Below are positions 17,362-26,964 of a stretch of 64,000 nucleotides of DNA, piece after piece. The translations under genes were made by a program, and so were the position numbers. The notes under the pieces were generated by a model that was not told where the DNA came from, made no database searches, and worked only from the letters and a program-made list of their open reading frames with translations. The DNA is taken from IMG/VR virus record IMGVR_UViG_3300046501_000132, positions 96,001 to 160,000 of that record; one strand, written 5' to 3'. The DNA comes from a virus. Within the stretch, counting starts at the first letter, position 1. Each line of letters begins with the position of its first letter.

Positions 17362-17610
17362 ATGAAGACCGTCCAAGAATACCTAGAACTACTTGAAGTC
17401 AACCGGATCATTCAAGGTCTATCCAAGCGCAGTGGGAAGCCCGCCGACCATATCAATTCGATTTGGAAGGATACCGAGAAGGAAGTGCTGACTAAGCACA
17501 AATTCGGAGTTACGGATAAGTACAAAGAGATCGGTAAGCTAGTCCGTTCCAAGCTGGGCGTTGAGCCAAGCGATAAGGAAAAGGAAGACGAGGCAGATAC
17601 AAAGAAGTAA
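17362..17610 (+). CDS. putative internal head protein with capsid-targeting-like N-terminus
   Basis: MKTVQEYLELLE resembles the T4 IP CTS (MKTYQEFIAE); TAAATA at 17335-17340. Confidence 0.55.
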   Translation: MKTVQEYLELLEVNRIIQGLSKRSGKPADHINSIWKDTEKEVLTKHKFGVTDKYKEIGKLVRSKLGVEPSDKEKEDEADTKK

Positions 17611-17645
17611 TCATAAAGAGTCCATATTTCTATGGACTCTTTTTC

Positions 17646-17673
17646 TTTACTTCTGCTATGTAAAGCGTATAAT
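17646..17673 (+). promoter_or_regulatory. early-type promoter TTTACT-N16-TATAAT
   Basis: Consensus match. Confidence 0.7.
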
Positions 17674-17725
17674 AGTCCCTATCGAAACGTTTTACATAGT
17701 ACGAACTTCCTACCGGAGATATATC

Positions 17726-17950
17726 ATGAAGAACCTGCTCGCAACCCTGTGGTCGATGTTCACGCCGGAAGTCAAGACGACTCACGTCAACAGCGTCTAT
17801 GACTTGGGCTTCAAGGAAGAATCTGCCGAGTTGGCCGCCAAGCGCGCCGCTGCTCAAAAGAATCTGGAAACCTGGGGTCGGAAACCGTTACTGAAGGGCG
17901 GTGCGTTCTCCCGTAATAATTCGGTTCTCCGCACTCAAGACCAATCGTAA
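17726..17950 (+). CDS. hypothetical protein (74 aa)
   Basis: GGAG SD before MKNLLATL. Confidence 0.7.
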   Translation: MKNLLATLWSMFTPEVKTTHVNSVYDLGFKEESAELAAKRAAAQKNLETWGRKPLLKGGAFSRNNSVLRTQDQS

Positions 17951-18227
17951 GCGAATCTGTACTCACGTTAGGGTAAACCCTGATCAGAAGTGACGTCATA
18001 AAATACGTCGCTTTTTTACTACGTTACGTTTAGTTACGCTTTTCTTTCGGAACTATAGGACGTATAATAGACCCTGTCGAATCGAGAAAACGAGCACTTA
18101 CTTAATAGCGCGGTTTTCGCGGCGACGAAGCACTAAGTTTTAATCTGTATAGCTGGGGTCAAGGGTATAAGGCAATACCGCCGGTGTACCTATCTCATCA
18201 ACCTTTTCAGGTAAAGGTATTAACAAC

Positions 18228-18611
18228 ATGTTCGCCGTTGAAGCCCAAGAAGTTGTGAATTCGGACGTTCAATCCCAAGCTGTAACCGAAGTTTTTCTGT
18301 CGCACGGGTTCGGGGTATCGTTTCTGGATGACAATTCCGTTGCCCAGAACGGAGCGGTTCTTGAAGCGCTGGAGCGTATCGGCGCGGTAGAGCCGGGTGA
18401 TATTGTGAAGGATAACGGCCTCACGTCCTTCACGGTCAATGCAGTTGAGCTGGCACAATTCCTCCACCTGGTGTATTGCAGCACCCCGGAAGGAAAGAAA
18501 CTGGTTGTGGAATTTGACGGACTTTTCCCGTTCCAATCCTACGATACCAGCGGCGTGTCGCGCAACTTCAATGCCCAGCTGATCACCATCAGCGAGCAGA
18601 CGGTACAATAA
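18228..18611 (+). CDS. hypothetical protein with long structured leader
   Basis: 127-aa ORF; TATAAT at 18063; followed by terminators. Confidence 0.7.
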   Translation: MFAVEAQEVVNSDVQSQAVTEVFLSHGFGVSFLDDNSVAQNGAVLEALERIGAVEPGDIVKDNGLTSFTVNAVELAQFLHLVYCSTPEGKKLVVEFDGLFPFQSYDTSGVSRNFNAQLITISEQTVQ

Positions 18612-18640
18612 AGCCGTCCTCAAAAAGAGAGACAACATAC

Positions 18641-18701
18641 AAAAAGCCGCCCCTTTTGGGGCGGCTATTAAAAATGCCCGGTCGGTAAAACCGGGCATTT
18701 T
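18641..18701. terminator. tandem terminator hairpins between convergent genes
   Basis: GCCGCCCC-tttt-GGGGCGGC and AAAATGCCCGGT...ACCGGGCATTTT. Confidence 0.8.
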
Positions 18702-18704
18702 GTA

Positions 18705-20798
18705 TTACCACAACTTCGGCTTATCGTCGTTGCGTGTGGTTAGCGGCTGACTGACGATGGTTGTAGAGTTCTGACGGACGCTGTTATCCGACACAACTTG
18801 CACATTCGACTTTCCGGCCTTAGACGCTTCAACATCATCCTTCAAGTTGTTCACTGCGGCGGTCTTATCGACCACAGCCGCCGCTTGACTTGCCTGATTC
18901 GGCTGAATTGATCCGGTCGGCGCGCTCGCGTATTCCTTCATGGACTTCGCTACACCGCCCATCCCCGGAATATACTTCAATAGATCAGCGATTCCGCCCA
19001 CCACACCTTTGAAGCAGTCGATGATCTTGTCGAACAGAGCCACCGCTTTCTGTTTGAATCCCCCAGCAAGATCAGTATCAAATCCCAACCATCCCGCTAC
19101 CGTATCAAACAATCCCAGGATCGAACTCACCACATTAGTGAAGCCTGCGTAGACTCTTTTAGTGTAGTTGTCGTCTTCAACCTTCTCACCAAAGATGCTA
19201 GATGCGTCGTTGAATCCTTCCAAGAAGCTGAAGATACCGCCGATCACAGCAGATACTCCCGCGATCACCGGTAGGAATCGACCAACTCCCATCACCAACG
19301 AACCTACCTTCCCGAAAGCCCCGACGATTCCGGAGAATAGCGAGCCGATCCCGGAGATAATACCTGAGACTCCAGGGATCATCCCCAGTAGCCCGCCGAA
19401 CATGCCCCCTCCGGAGCTATTAGCAGCAGCAGGCGCGTTCGAAGCCCCGTTAGCTGGGGGAGGGGCTACCTTTCCGCTCGGAGCCGCCTTAGCGGTGCTA
19501 TTCGAGTGCTGTAGCGTGTTGCGTTGCTTCTTGGCTTTATTCTGAGCAAGAAGTCCCTTAACACCCTTGAAGACTTCCACCCCAGCCGCTGCTACGGGAT
19601 TCGCTTCGAAGAACCCGGACTTCAACGTGTCCTTGAACTTATCGGCGTCTCTATTTGACTTGGCTTCCTTCTTTGATTGATCTGCCAGTTGCTTTCTTAA
19701 CGCCGCCTTACGGATGATTCCTTCGCCCTTGGCATCGTCTTCGATTTTCTTCAAACGAGCCTTATGTTCGATTCCGAGTTCACGAATCTTTTGGATCCGA
19801 TCCTTGTTCCGTTGTAGTTGATCTGCCTTCTGTTGAGCAATATCAGACTTGTGCTTAGTCACCTTCAACTGGTAATCATTACGCAAATCGGACTTCAGCT
19901 GCTTGATCTTCCCTGCAGCAACTGCTCGATCAGTCCTCAGTTGATCCTGATCTTGTTGAACCTTAACCTTATGATCAACCTTGTCTTGATCCAACTTCTT
20001 CCTACGAATATCCGCTTGATCCTTTAATTGGGTCTTCAAATTATCGTAGTGTTGGGCCATTGCAACCGACTGGTCCTTAAGGTCTTGTTTTTTCTTCTCA
20101 AGCGTTACCTTATGATCGGCTTTATCTTGTTGAAGCTTCAGCTTAGCACGCTCAATCGTTTCCTTCTGGGCTTGCACTAGATTCTCAAGACGTTGCTTCT
20201 GCTCCATCTTGAGTTCTTTCAGCTTGCTAGACTTTTCCTCAAACAGCGCCTTGGATTTCAGCTTCGATTCATCCGTAATTTGGCGTGCCTTGGCTGTGGC
20301 CTCGGCAACCAAATTCTTATGAAAGGCGTCCGACTTTTCCTTAGTCATCTTGGCTTCGTTCTTAGCCGAATCCTTGATGAGCTGTGCTTGGTTCCGAGCG
20401 ATACTGATCATCATCACAGCGGCATTCTTGGTATCCAAGTTGACACTATCAATCTGTCTCAGTAGTGAGGCACGGCGCGATTCCGTTACCTTCTGCGTTT
20501 GCTCAACGAAGTTACGGAATTCAACCAACGCCTTAGTCGCTTCCCGCTTAAAGGCGGCAGAATCCGACTTCTGGGATTTGGCGACCATTCTGATCGTGTC
20601 CTTGGCGAAGGCAGTAATGTCCTTGGAAGTCTCAGGCGAGTTCTTGGCGTTCAGGGCTTGAGCCAGCGCACGTAAATCCTTCGCTTCTTGAGTTGCTGCC
20701 GCGTTAGTCTTCGGGGTCGCGGGTTCGCTGCGTGATGATTTCTTAGGCGATTCCTTCTTTGTATTAGACTTGGCGACTTGATTAGGTTCACGTGCCAT
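18705..20798 (-). CDS. tape-measure / baseplate hub protein (gp29-like)
   Basis: Long coiled coil plus Gly-rich hydrophobic helices; downstream of 48-53-hub. Confidence 0.65.
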   Translation of the reverse strand: MAREPNQVAKSNTKKESPKKSSRSEPATPKTNAAATQEAKDLRALAQALNAKNSPETSKDITAFAKDTIRMVAKSQKSDSAAFKREATKALVEFRNFVEQTQKVTESRRASLLRQIDSVNLDTKNAAVMMISIARNQAQLIKDSAKNEAKMTKEKSDAFHKNLVAEATAKARQITDESKLKSKALFEEKSSKLKELKMEQKQRLENLVQAQKETIERAKLKLQQDKADHKVTLEKKKQDLKDQSVAMAQHYDNLKTQLKDQADIRRKKLDQDKVDHKVKVQQDQDQLRTDRAVAAGKIKQLKSDLRNDYQLKVTKHKSDIAQQKADQLQRNKDRIQKIRELGIEHKARLKKIEDDAKGEGIIRKAALRKQLADQSKKEAKSNRDADKFKDTLKSGFFEANPVAAAGVEVFKGVKGLLAQNKAKKQRNTLQHSNSTAKAAPSGKVAPPPANGASNAPAAANSSGGGMFGGLLGMIPGVSGIISGIGSLFSGIVGAFGKVGSLVMGVGRFLPVIAGVSAVIGGIFSFLEGFNDASSIFGEKVEDDNYTKRVYAGFTNVVSSILGLFDTVAGWLGFDTDLAGGFKQKAVALFDKIIDCFKGVVGGIADLLKYIPGMGGVAKSMKEYASAPTGSIQPNQASQAAAVVDKTAAVNNLKDDVEASKAGKSNVQVVSDNSVRQNSTTIVSQPLTTRNDDKPKLW

Positions 20799-20799
20799 A

Positions 20800-22014
20800 T
20801 TATGCTCCCATTGTATTCACATCTACGTCGAACGAATCCTTGGTCAATTCGCACACCATAGAGTATGTTGTCTTTGTAATTAGATGCTTGATAGACCGAA
20901 CCAACCACTTTCCTGAAGAGAATTTCTCAGAGTCAACGCCTAGACCCGAGCGGGAAGGAATCTCCATCCAAACGATCTTACCGCTAGTCAAATTGCTATC
21001 ACCGGGCAGACTCACTAGGACTCTGAGGTTATCCATCAAAGTCATAGAAGACAAGCGATTAAAGGCAGATAGATGAGACTGATCAGTGCGGTAAGGAATA
21101 TACCCATCAATATTACGGATGCTTTTTGCTTCGTCATTCAGCGCATACTTATTCAACTTAATATCTGCTCTACTGAACAAATCATCATATGAATTCGTTG
21201 TCTTAGTGATCCGCTTGTTAGTCAGGTCCATCGAGAAGAAACCCCCGCCAAAGGCTTCCGCCTCATATTGCGTTAGGCGGTCGTTCCCTTCCTTATATTC
21301 AAAATCATATGCGGTATTGAATAGTCGGTCGCCTGAGTCACCACCTACCATATTGCGACTACCTATGTAGATGTACTTGTCATATGCAGTCCGGTAGATT
21401 TCCTTCAGACTCTTGAAATGATAGCCATCCGTACTTTCCCAAAAGAACATTGGAGATAGTGTCTTGCTATTTGCACGAGAAGCGCAAAACTTAATGGCCT
21501 GGAATAGACCGCAAGACGGAGTAACATAGTTGACGATTCCAACTGATTCCTCTGCTGATACTTTCTTCTTGGATTTACTCTCAGCCAGCAACTTCTGAAT
21601 GATGTCGCTGTAGGTGCCGGTGTAAGCCGCACTCATATCATTGTTCGCCGCCCACCAGACTTCCGGGGTGCAGAGAGACAACTCATTGATTTGAATGTTT
21701 TCGGTGCTATTGCTTAGACCGCGATCACCTATCTTGTATACAACAAAGTCCAGAGTGCGCGTGTCGGCGTAGATCGGTGTTTTGAATGTAATGCTCACTT
21801 GTTCACCGCCCGTGATCGGAAACGTACCAACCAAGTTAATCTGATCCCGAATCAGTAACTTGGCGGACAACGCACCTTGGAACATATCCTCATAGATGAT
21901 GAATTGTTCCATGATCGGGAAGATATCAAGAATTGTGTTCTTTGAAGGTTTCTTGATTGTGAGCATCTGAACTTCAATCGGTTGATTGATGTCGTAGTTA
22001 TCGGATGCGCTCAT
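20800..22014 (-). CDS. baseplate hub protein (gp27-like)
   Basis: 'IYED.F...LS..L...D...L....PI.G.E', 'PGDS.L..G', 'SGKWLV..IKH' hub motifs. Confidence 0.7.
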   Translation of the reverse strand: MSASDNYDINQPIEVQMLTIKKPSKNTILDIFPIMEQFIIYEDMFQGALSAKLLIRDQINLVGTFPITGGEQVSITFKTPIYADTRTLDFVVYKIGDRGLSNSTENIQINELSLCTPEVWWAANNDMSAAYTGTYSDIIQKLLAESKSKKKVSAEESVGIVNYVTPSCGLFQAIKFCASRANSKTLSPMFFWESTDGYHFKSLKEIYRTAYDKYIYIGSRNMVGGDSGDRLFNTAYDFEYKEGNDRLTQYEAEAFGGGFFSMDLTNKRITKTTNSYDDLFSRADIKLNKYALNDEAKSIRNIDGYIPYRTDQSHLSAFNRLSSMTLMDNLRVLVSLPGDSNLTSGKIVWMEIPSRSGLGVDSEKFSSGKWLVRSIKHLITKTTYSMVCELTKDSFDVDVNTMGA

Positions 22015-22562
22015 TATGTCTCCGGGTTCATGGCGGTCTCAAACTGAGTCTGGACCGAAGCGATATAGTCAGGATCAATAAGAATGATCTTACGTTTCGA
22101 TTCGTTTAATCCAATCTCAAATTCCTCAATTGAAACGGTTTCCAGTTCAGCTTGATCAATTACATCATCGTCAACGGTCAGGTCAAGTTCGATTCTCAGA
22201 GAAAGAAGATCAGCGATTAGACCGTTAGGATTGATATAGTGATGAACATCGGTTAGATTCTTGCCTGGATACTTCCGTTCAATATAGTCATTTAGTTGTG
22301 ATGGGTTGCGAGGCCACTGATTGTCGAAGTCGTAGATGTTGTTCATCATCAAGATCGTCCACCAGTAGTCTACCGTCCCATACAAACGGTAGGAGATCAT
22401 ATGTGGAAGCTCACCATCACGGATTTCATAAGGAATCTGGACACGAGCATCCTTCTTCCATTCATCCGTGATATTTGCGTAAGCTGTAATATCATTGATC
22501 AGAGTAGTAGAGCCATCAGGAAACGTATACCAGACGTTTCCCAAGTGTGTGAAGAATGCCAT
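22014..22562 (-). CDS. gp53: baseplate wedge subunit gp53
   Basis: LysM-like 'Y.I.DGE.P..ISY.LYG..DY.W.IL..NNI.D...QWP', 'NE.KR.I'. Confidence 0.9.
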   Translation of the reverse strand: MAFFTHLGNVWYTFPDGSTTLINDITAYANITDEWKKDARVQIPYEIRDGELPHMISYRLYGTVDYWWTILMMNNIYDFDNQWPRNPSQLNDYIERKYPGKNLTDVHHYINPNGLIADLLSLRIELDLTVDDDVIDQAELETVSIEEFEIGLNESKRKIILIDPDYIASVQTQFETAMNPET

Positions 22563-22571
22563 TTGTTATCC

Positions 22572-23546
22572 TTAGAATGTAGTTCCAGTATTGTTGGAGT
22601 CAGAACCAACCAAATCTTTGTGTAGAATACTCAATTCGCGGAACGTCAAGCTCAGCTGATATGATTGAGGAGATCCACTAACAGTCTTGATATAGCTTCC
22701 GCCTGGAGTGTAATTTGTCGACATGTTCGTCAGCGCACAAGTGCTAATACGAGGAATGTAGCGATTTGGAGACCCATCCTGCCAGAATACGATATCAAAG
22801 CTAGACGGATACAACAAGTAAGCATTCCCGTTTCCGATGTCGCTGCGGAATTCCGGCAGCATGTGGAAACGTAGCAAACGAAGCATATTATCCAAAGTCT
22901 CAGCTTCCTTCGCATTACGCGGGGTAAGAGTCCAAGACCAGTTGAATGTACGATTATCCACACTCTTGAATAGCGTCTCAGCATACTGATTTTCAACCGT
23001 AGCCGTAGCCAATGATGCAAGTTCCTTAGCTTTCAATGCCCCGCCGGCCAGCTTAGAAGCCATAGAGCCAACTGTGCTCAAGGCTAAGTATCCAGCCAAC
23101 TTAGCACCAGAGGCGGCGTTCATCTTACTCAAATCGGAGCCTTGGTCAATGGCCATACCAACTTGACCGAAGTCGGTCTGAGTCCATTGAGCCGCTTGAC
23201 TGAAAGATAGACCTGCAGGCAGCGGCAGGGTGATCGACTGATTAGAGCGTTCAAACGTATTAGAGAAAACCTTGACTCCACCGTTGTCCTTCTGAAGTCC
23301 GGTAGAGACTTGATGTACTACAGGCATTTCCCCGTATGCAGAGGTCAATGCGTTCTTAGGAGTAGACAACCCGCCGTTGAAAGTGATCTGAGCTTTGCTG
23401 TTCTTAATCGTGTTGATAAAGAAGGTCATGCAAGATAGGTCTTGACCAGGGTTCAGCAGGTCGGCTGGGAACATCAAGTTGCTTGACTTAGAATCAAATT
23501 CTTGTCCCTTTAGTTTGTCCACCTTAGATTGTGTAGAAGTAGCCAT
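22572..23546 (-). CDS. gp48: baseplate tail-tube cap gp48
   Basis: 'I.LP.P', 'F.S...RTF...W...PRN..EA', 'C.LT....NYTP', 'L.LTF.E'. Confidence 0.85.
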   Translation of the reverse strand: MATSTQSKVDKLKGQEFDSKSSNLMFPADLLNPGQDLSCMTFFINTIKNSKAQITFNGGLSTPKNALTSAYGEMPVVHQVSTGLQKDNGGVKVFSNTFERSNQSITLPLPAGLSFSQAAQWTQTDFGQVGMAIDQGSDLSKMNAASGAKLAGYLALSTVGSMASKLAGGALKAKELASLATATVENQYAETLFKSVDNRTFNWSWTLTPRNAKEAETLDNMLRLLRFHMLPEFRSDIGNGNAYLLYPSSFDIVFWQDGSPNRYIPRISTCALTNMSTNYTPGGSYIKTVSGSPQSYQLSLTFRELSILHKDLVGSDSNNTGTTF

Positions 23547-23567
23547 ATATGACCCCTGTTAAATTAG

Positions 23568-23589
23568 TAAATAGACATACAATTATTTA
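23568..23589. promoter_or_regulatory. face-to-face late promoters (TAAATA + at 23568; TAAATA - at 23584-23589)
   Basis: Between divergent late genes 48 and 4; T4 late consensus is TATAAATA. Confidence 0.65.
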
Positions 23590-23605
23590 GTAAAGGACAA
23601 GCAAA

Positions 23606-24094
23606 ATGAGTAATAATCGTTGGCTCAAGGGGCGCTATCGTCCCCAGAACCCTAACAAGTATAAGGGTGATATTGATAAGATTGTTTATCGCTCCAGCTG
23701 GGAGAGAACGTTCATGGTTTGGGCAGATACCGATGAAGACATCTTAGCCTGGTCGTCTGAGGAAACTAAGATTCAATACTTCGATCCGGTAAAGAAATGC
23801 GGTCGCATATATGTTGTAGATTTCAAGATTCTAACCCGCAAGCCGGATGGCGGATACCAAGTCATCCTCATCGAGATCAAGCCTGAGAAGCAGACGAAGA
23901 AGCCGCGCGATAGTCGCAATAAGGCTGAGAAGACGCTGCTGCTGGAACAAGCCACTTATCAGACGAATGTGGCTAAGTGGAGGGCCGCAATTAAATTCTG
24001 TGATGATCGGGGATGGAAATTCAAGATTCTGACTGAAGTGGACCTGTTTGGAGGGATCGACCGAGGCTATAAGCCGCAGAAGCCTGCTAGATGA
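23606..24094 (+). CDS. gp4: head completion nuclease gp4
   Basis: 'G.Y.P.NP.KY.GD...IVYRSSWE..FM.W.D', 'WSSEE', 'EIKP..QT..P', 'N.AKW.AA'. Confidence 0.93.
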   Translation: MSNNRWLKGRYRPQNPNKYKGDIDKIVYRSSWERTFMVWADTDEDILAWSSEETKIQYFDPVKKCGRIYVVDFKILTRKPDGGYQVILIEIKPEKQTKKPRDSRNKAEKTLLLEQATYQTNVAKWRAAIKFCDDRGWKFKILTEVDLFGGIDRGYKPQKPAR

Positions 24095-24177
24095 GCGTAG
24101 GAACGAAAGAAAAGGGCAGGAGCTATACGCCCCTGCCCTTTCGCTAAACATCGCTTATATCACATTTAAACTGGTGA

Positions 24178-24711
24178 TCAGTCATTCACTTCTTTCTGAA
24201 GGTTCATGTAGAACTCTTGTAGTCCGTCAAGACGGCGGGCGCACTCGTAGTAGGATTGGTAATTACGGGTGATGACGCCGATGGCTTGACCCGCAGTAAC
24301 TCCAGATTCACCGGCTTCACCATCAGGTCCGCTGGCGCGTCCGGCAATCGTATCCTGATCGTTGGCTCTGGCTGCAGCGTCGTGCAGGCGGATAAACTCA
24401 GGATCAAGAAACTCACTAGCAACAGGAGTCGTTTCATATTTGATGACCTCTTTCGTGATGGTGTTGTACTTCGTTATGATTCTGTCCTTGTAGATGACTT
24501 GTTGTTCATCTTGTTTATCGGACACTTCTTGTAGTTTATCGTTCTTCTCAACAACCTTTTCATTGGCCTTCAGTTGAGCTTCGATATAGATTTGCTTCTG
24601 ATGATCAACACCTTTGTTGTAGGCGTAGAATCCCACACCAACCAGCGCCGCGCCTGAAATGATAGCGACCAAAAGCCACTTTTGAATAAATGCTATAATA
24701 CTTGCGATCAT
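24178..24711 (-). CDS. inner-membrane spanin (Rz-like)
   Basis: N-terminal TM helix, periplasmic coiled coil, C-terminal Cys; contains a lipoprotein gene in another frame. Confidence 0.8.
   Translation of the reverse strand: MIASIIAFIQKWLLVAIISGAALVGVGFYAYNKGVDHQKQIYIEAQLKANEKVVEKNDKLQEVSDKQDEQQVIYKDRIITKYNTITKEVIKYETTPVASEFLDPEFIRLHDAAARANDQDTIAGRASGPDGEAGESGVTAGQAIGVITRNYQSYYECARRLDGLQEFYMNLQKEVND
24204..24437 (-). CDS. outer-membrane spanin lipoprotein (Rz1-like), embedded
   Basis: MKRLLLLVSFLILSLSA-C lipobox, Pro-rich mature part. Confidence 0.8.
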   Translation of the reverse strand: MKRLLLLVSFLILSLSACTTLQPEPTIRIRLPDAPADLMVKPVNLELLRVKPSASSPVITNPTTSAPAVLTDYKSST

Positions 24712-24713
24712 GA

Positions 24714-25736
24714 TTATCTCTGTGGGTAATTCTTGAAGTTGTTTATCTCGCCTTTTAGGCTTCCTAGTTGTGACTTAGTATCATTGACGACTGCAACAAC
24801 TTCCTTCTTGACATCATTGGGGATGTTCTTGATGGCCTTAACATCCTTCACTACTCCCTGAAGAACCTTGACGCCGTCTAGGGCTTGCATCTTCGCATCA
24901 CGGACTTGTTCCCGAACGTCACGAGCGACGGCCAGAACTCCATCCAGTTGACCCTTGAATTCCTTAACAGTATTTACTGTCTCTTTTACAGCGTCACTAA
25001 ACGAATCTAGCCCTGGAATCGGCAATAGACGATTCTTACCAGAACCAACTCCAGGAATCGCAACAGGCGGAATGCCGTTACCAGCGAGTTTGCCTAGGGA
25101 ACCCGAATCTGGTTCAGCGCCATAGGTGACTTTGTGAAAGGCCCAGTTGACGTCAATAACCATTTGTTGATTCTGAGCGGTGCGATCTAGACGAATTGCT
25201 CCAACAGCAGACGGCCAAGCTTCAGTCAAGGTGAACTGATATACTGTCTTGTCTTGACTATCAAGACATTCTACAATGATACTGGAAATGTAATCATCAT
25301 AGAAGTTGACCGCATGTTGGGATTCATCAACGATGAGGTTGTGCCATTGATCAAATAACGTCTTTTCTGCATAGTTGCCTGTAACTAGAAACGTTGTATT
25401 AACGTCACTATATTGACGACCGTTGGCAATCTTACGTGTATAGTTGCCGTATGAGATTTCAGTATTCGTTTCTTGAACCGCAGGAATATCGACCATCAGA
25501 CACGTTAAGGAAATCGTCTTAGAGACATCAGTGGTGCTGTTGATCGCAGAGGCGATGTCTTCCGCAGACGCAAACTGCGATGAGATAGCATTGGTCTGAT
25601 CGGTATTGTTCGCCCGATTTGAAGCCTTTGCTCCTAATCCAGCAGGTAGGTTGAATGTAATCTTGAATCGGTTAACGCGGGCAATGTTCTGCTTCTTAAC
25701 AAGAGCCAGAAAATCCCCAAGAGCAGTCTTAGCCAT
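24714..25736 (-). CDS. gp54: baseplate tail-tube initiator gp54
   Basis: 'AR.NRF.I', 'C...DIP', 'F.QW...I', 'F...EAWP..VG...L'; adjacent to gene 2. Confidence 0.75.
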   Translation of the reverse strand: MAKTALGDFLALVKKQNIARVNRFKITFNLPAGLGAKASNRANNTDQTNAISSQFASAEDIASAINSTTDVSKTISLTCLMVDIPAVQETNTEISYGNYTRKIANGRQYSDVNTTFLVTGNYAEKTLFDQWHNLIVDESQHAVNFYDDYISSIIVECLDSQDKTVYQFTLTEAWPSAVGAIRLDRTAQNQQMVIDVNWAFHKVTYGAEPDSGSLGKLAGNGIPPVAIPGVGSGKNRLLPIPGLDSFSDAVKETVNTVKEFKGQLDGVLAVARDVREQVRDAKMQALDGVKVLQGVVKDVKAIKNIPNDVKKEVVAVVNDTKSQLGSLKGEINNFKNYPQR

Positions 25737-25749
25737 GTTCTCTCCGAGT

Positions 25750-25778
25750 TAAATAGTTGTGAGTGTACTTAATATTTA
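25750..25778. promoter_or_regulatory. face-to-face late promoters (TAAATA + at 25750; - at 25773-25778)
   Basis: Between divergent genes 54 and 2. Confidence 0.65.
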
Positions 25779-25789
25779 GGGATCAGACT

Positions 25790-26488
25790 ATGGCAGCTAT
25801 TGACGTCGATGAAGACGACTTCATGAGACCGGAGATCATCCAGTCCTATATCGACAAGTTTCAGAAGGCGACTAGCAGCGGCGCGACTATGGAACGGCAC
25901 AGCCGTGAGAGCCTAGACTGGTTTCGCAAGCGGGTGGGTAAGGACTTGAAGTACAACCGTAGGCGTCTGATCAAGGACAACGGTGACTACAAGATTCGGA
26001 AAGGTCGTGAGAACAAGACCCTAGTGGGAAGACTATATTACTTTGAATATGATGCTAAGGAAGCGGGGGACCGTGAACTAGGCGTCTATGACCGATTCCC
26101 AATGGTATTTGTGTTTAACACTTCGATCTCCAATGATGGAGCGAAGCTGATCCACGCTATCAATATGCACTATCTGGTTCCGCGCGAACGGATGCTTGTA
26201 TATCTGAAGCTAATGAAGCTACGAAACAAGAAGGGTTGGACTCATGCAACGAAACTCAGGGCCAGCTGGGCCCTGTTGAAGTCGGTCGCAGAACACAATC
26301 TATTGAAGCGTGCAGTTCATACTTACCGCGTTGATCGTGTGGTCGGTTCCAGAATGGTAGAGATTCACGCAGCAGATTGGGAAATCGCTACATTCCTACG
26401 ATTGGAAGACTGGCGCAAGCCCGACTCTACGGCAGCTAACCAAAAGAGCGTTCGTAGGTCACATCTGGCTAAGTCGAAAGGTAAATAA
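25790..26488 (+). CDS. gp2: DNA end protector gp2
   Basis: 'S..WFR', 'G.LY.F.YDAK', 'YDRFP.V', 'N.HYL....R', 'WE.A..L'. Confidence 0.9.
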   Translation: MAAIDVDEDDFMRPEIIQSYIDKFQKATSSGATMERHSRESLDWFRKRVGKDLKYNRRRLIKDNGDYKIRKGRENKTLVGRLYYFEYDAKEAGDRELGVYDRFPMVFVFNTSISNDGAKLIHAINMHYLVPRERMLVYLKLMKLRNKKGWTHATKLRASWALLKSVAEHNLLKRAVHTYRVDRVVGSRMVEIHAADWEIATFLRLEDWRKPDSTAANQKSVRRSHLAKSKGK

Positions 26489-26489
26489 A

Positions 26490-26523
26490 CAAAAGCCCCT
26501 CAGAGAAATCTGAGGGGCTTTTT
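26490..26523. terminator. bidirectional terminator
   Basis: AAAGCCCCTCAGA-gaaa-TCTGAGGGGCTTT. Confidence 0.85.
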
Positions 26524-26663
26524 CATTGGTACATCGGCTCAACGTGGATCATCCGGACTTCCACATCTTTGTGTCTCAACATAATGGCCCGGAAGTACAC
26601 AGTATAATCCACGGTTTTCCAGTCGTGAGTCGGACCCCACTTTACTTGATATATCACGTGCAT
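26523..26663 (-). CDS. small hypothetical protein (46 aa)
   Basis: GAGGAA SD before MHVIYQVKWG... Confidence 0.5.
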   Translation of the reverse strand: MHVIYQVKWGPTHDWKTVDYTVYFRAIMLRHKDVEVRMIHVEPMYQ

Positions 26664-26964
26664 GTTTCCTCACACAGCAATCGGATAGGGACATACTTCT
26701 TGCAGTTCTTCAACCCAGCGCAAATAGTCGGCTTGTTGCATATCACATCCTCAAATGTTCGATGGGTCGGGAACCGTAGGACTGCGCCAGGAGAACCAGC
26801 TTGTACGCTAGCAATGCTTCTTGTACATCCCCAACATACATCCCACTCTCTTGAGCCGTATACAGCAACTCGTTGAGATGTGTAGGTTCGGCTACTTCAA
26901 TCTTTTTCAGTTCCTCACGGAGACGATCACCGGGTTGTATATCATCTTCGCGCGCCCAGATACT

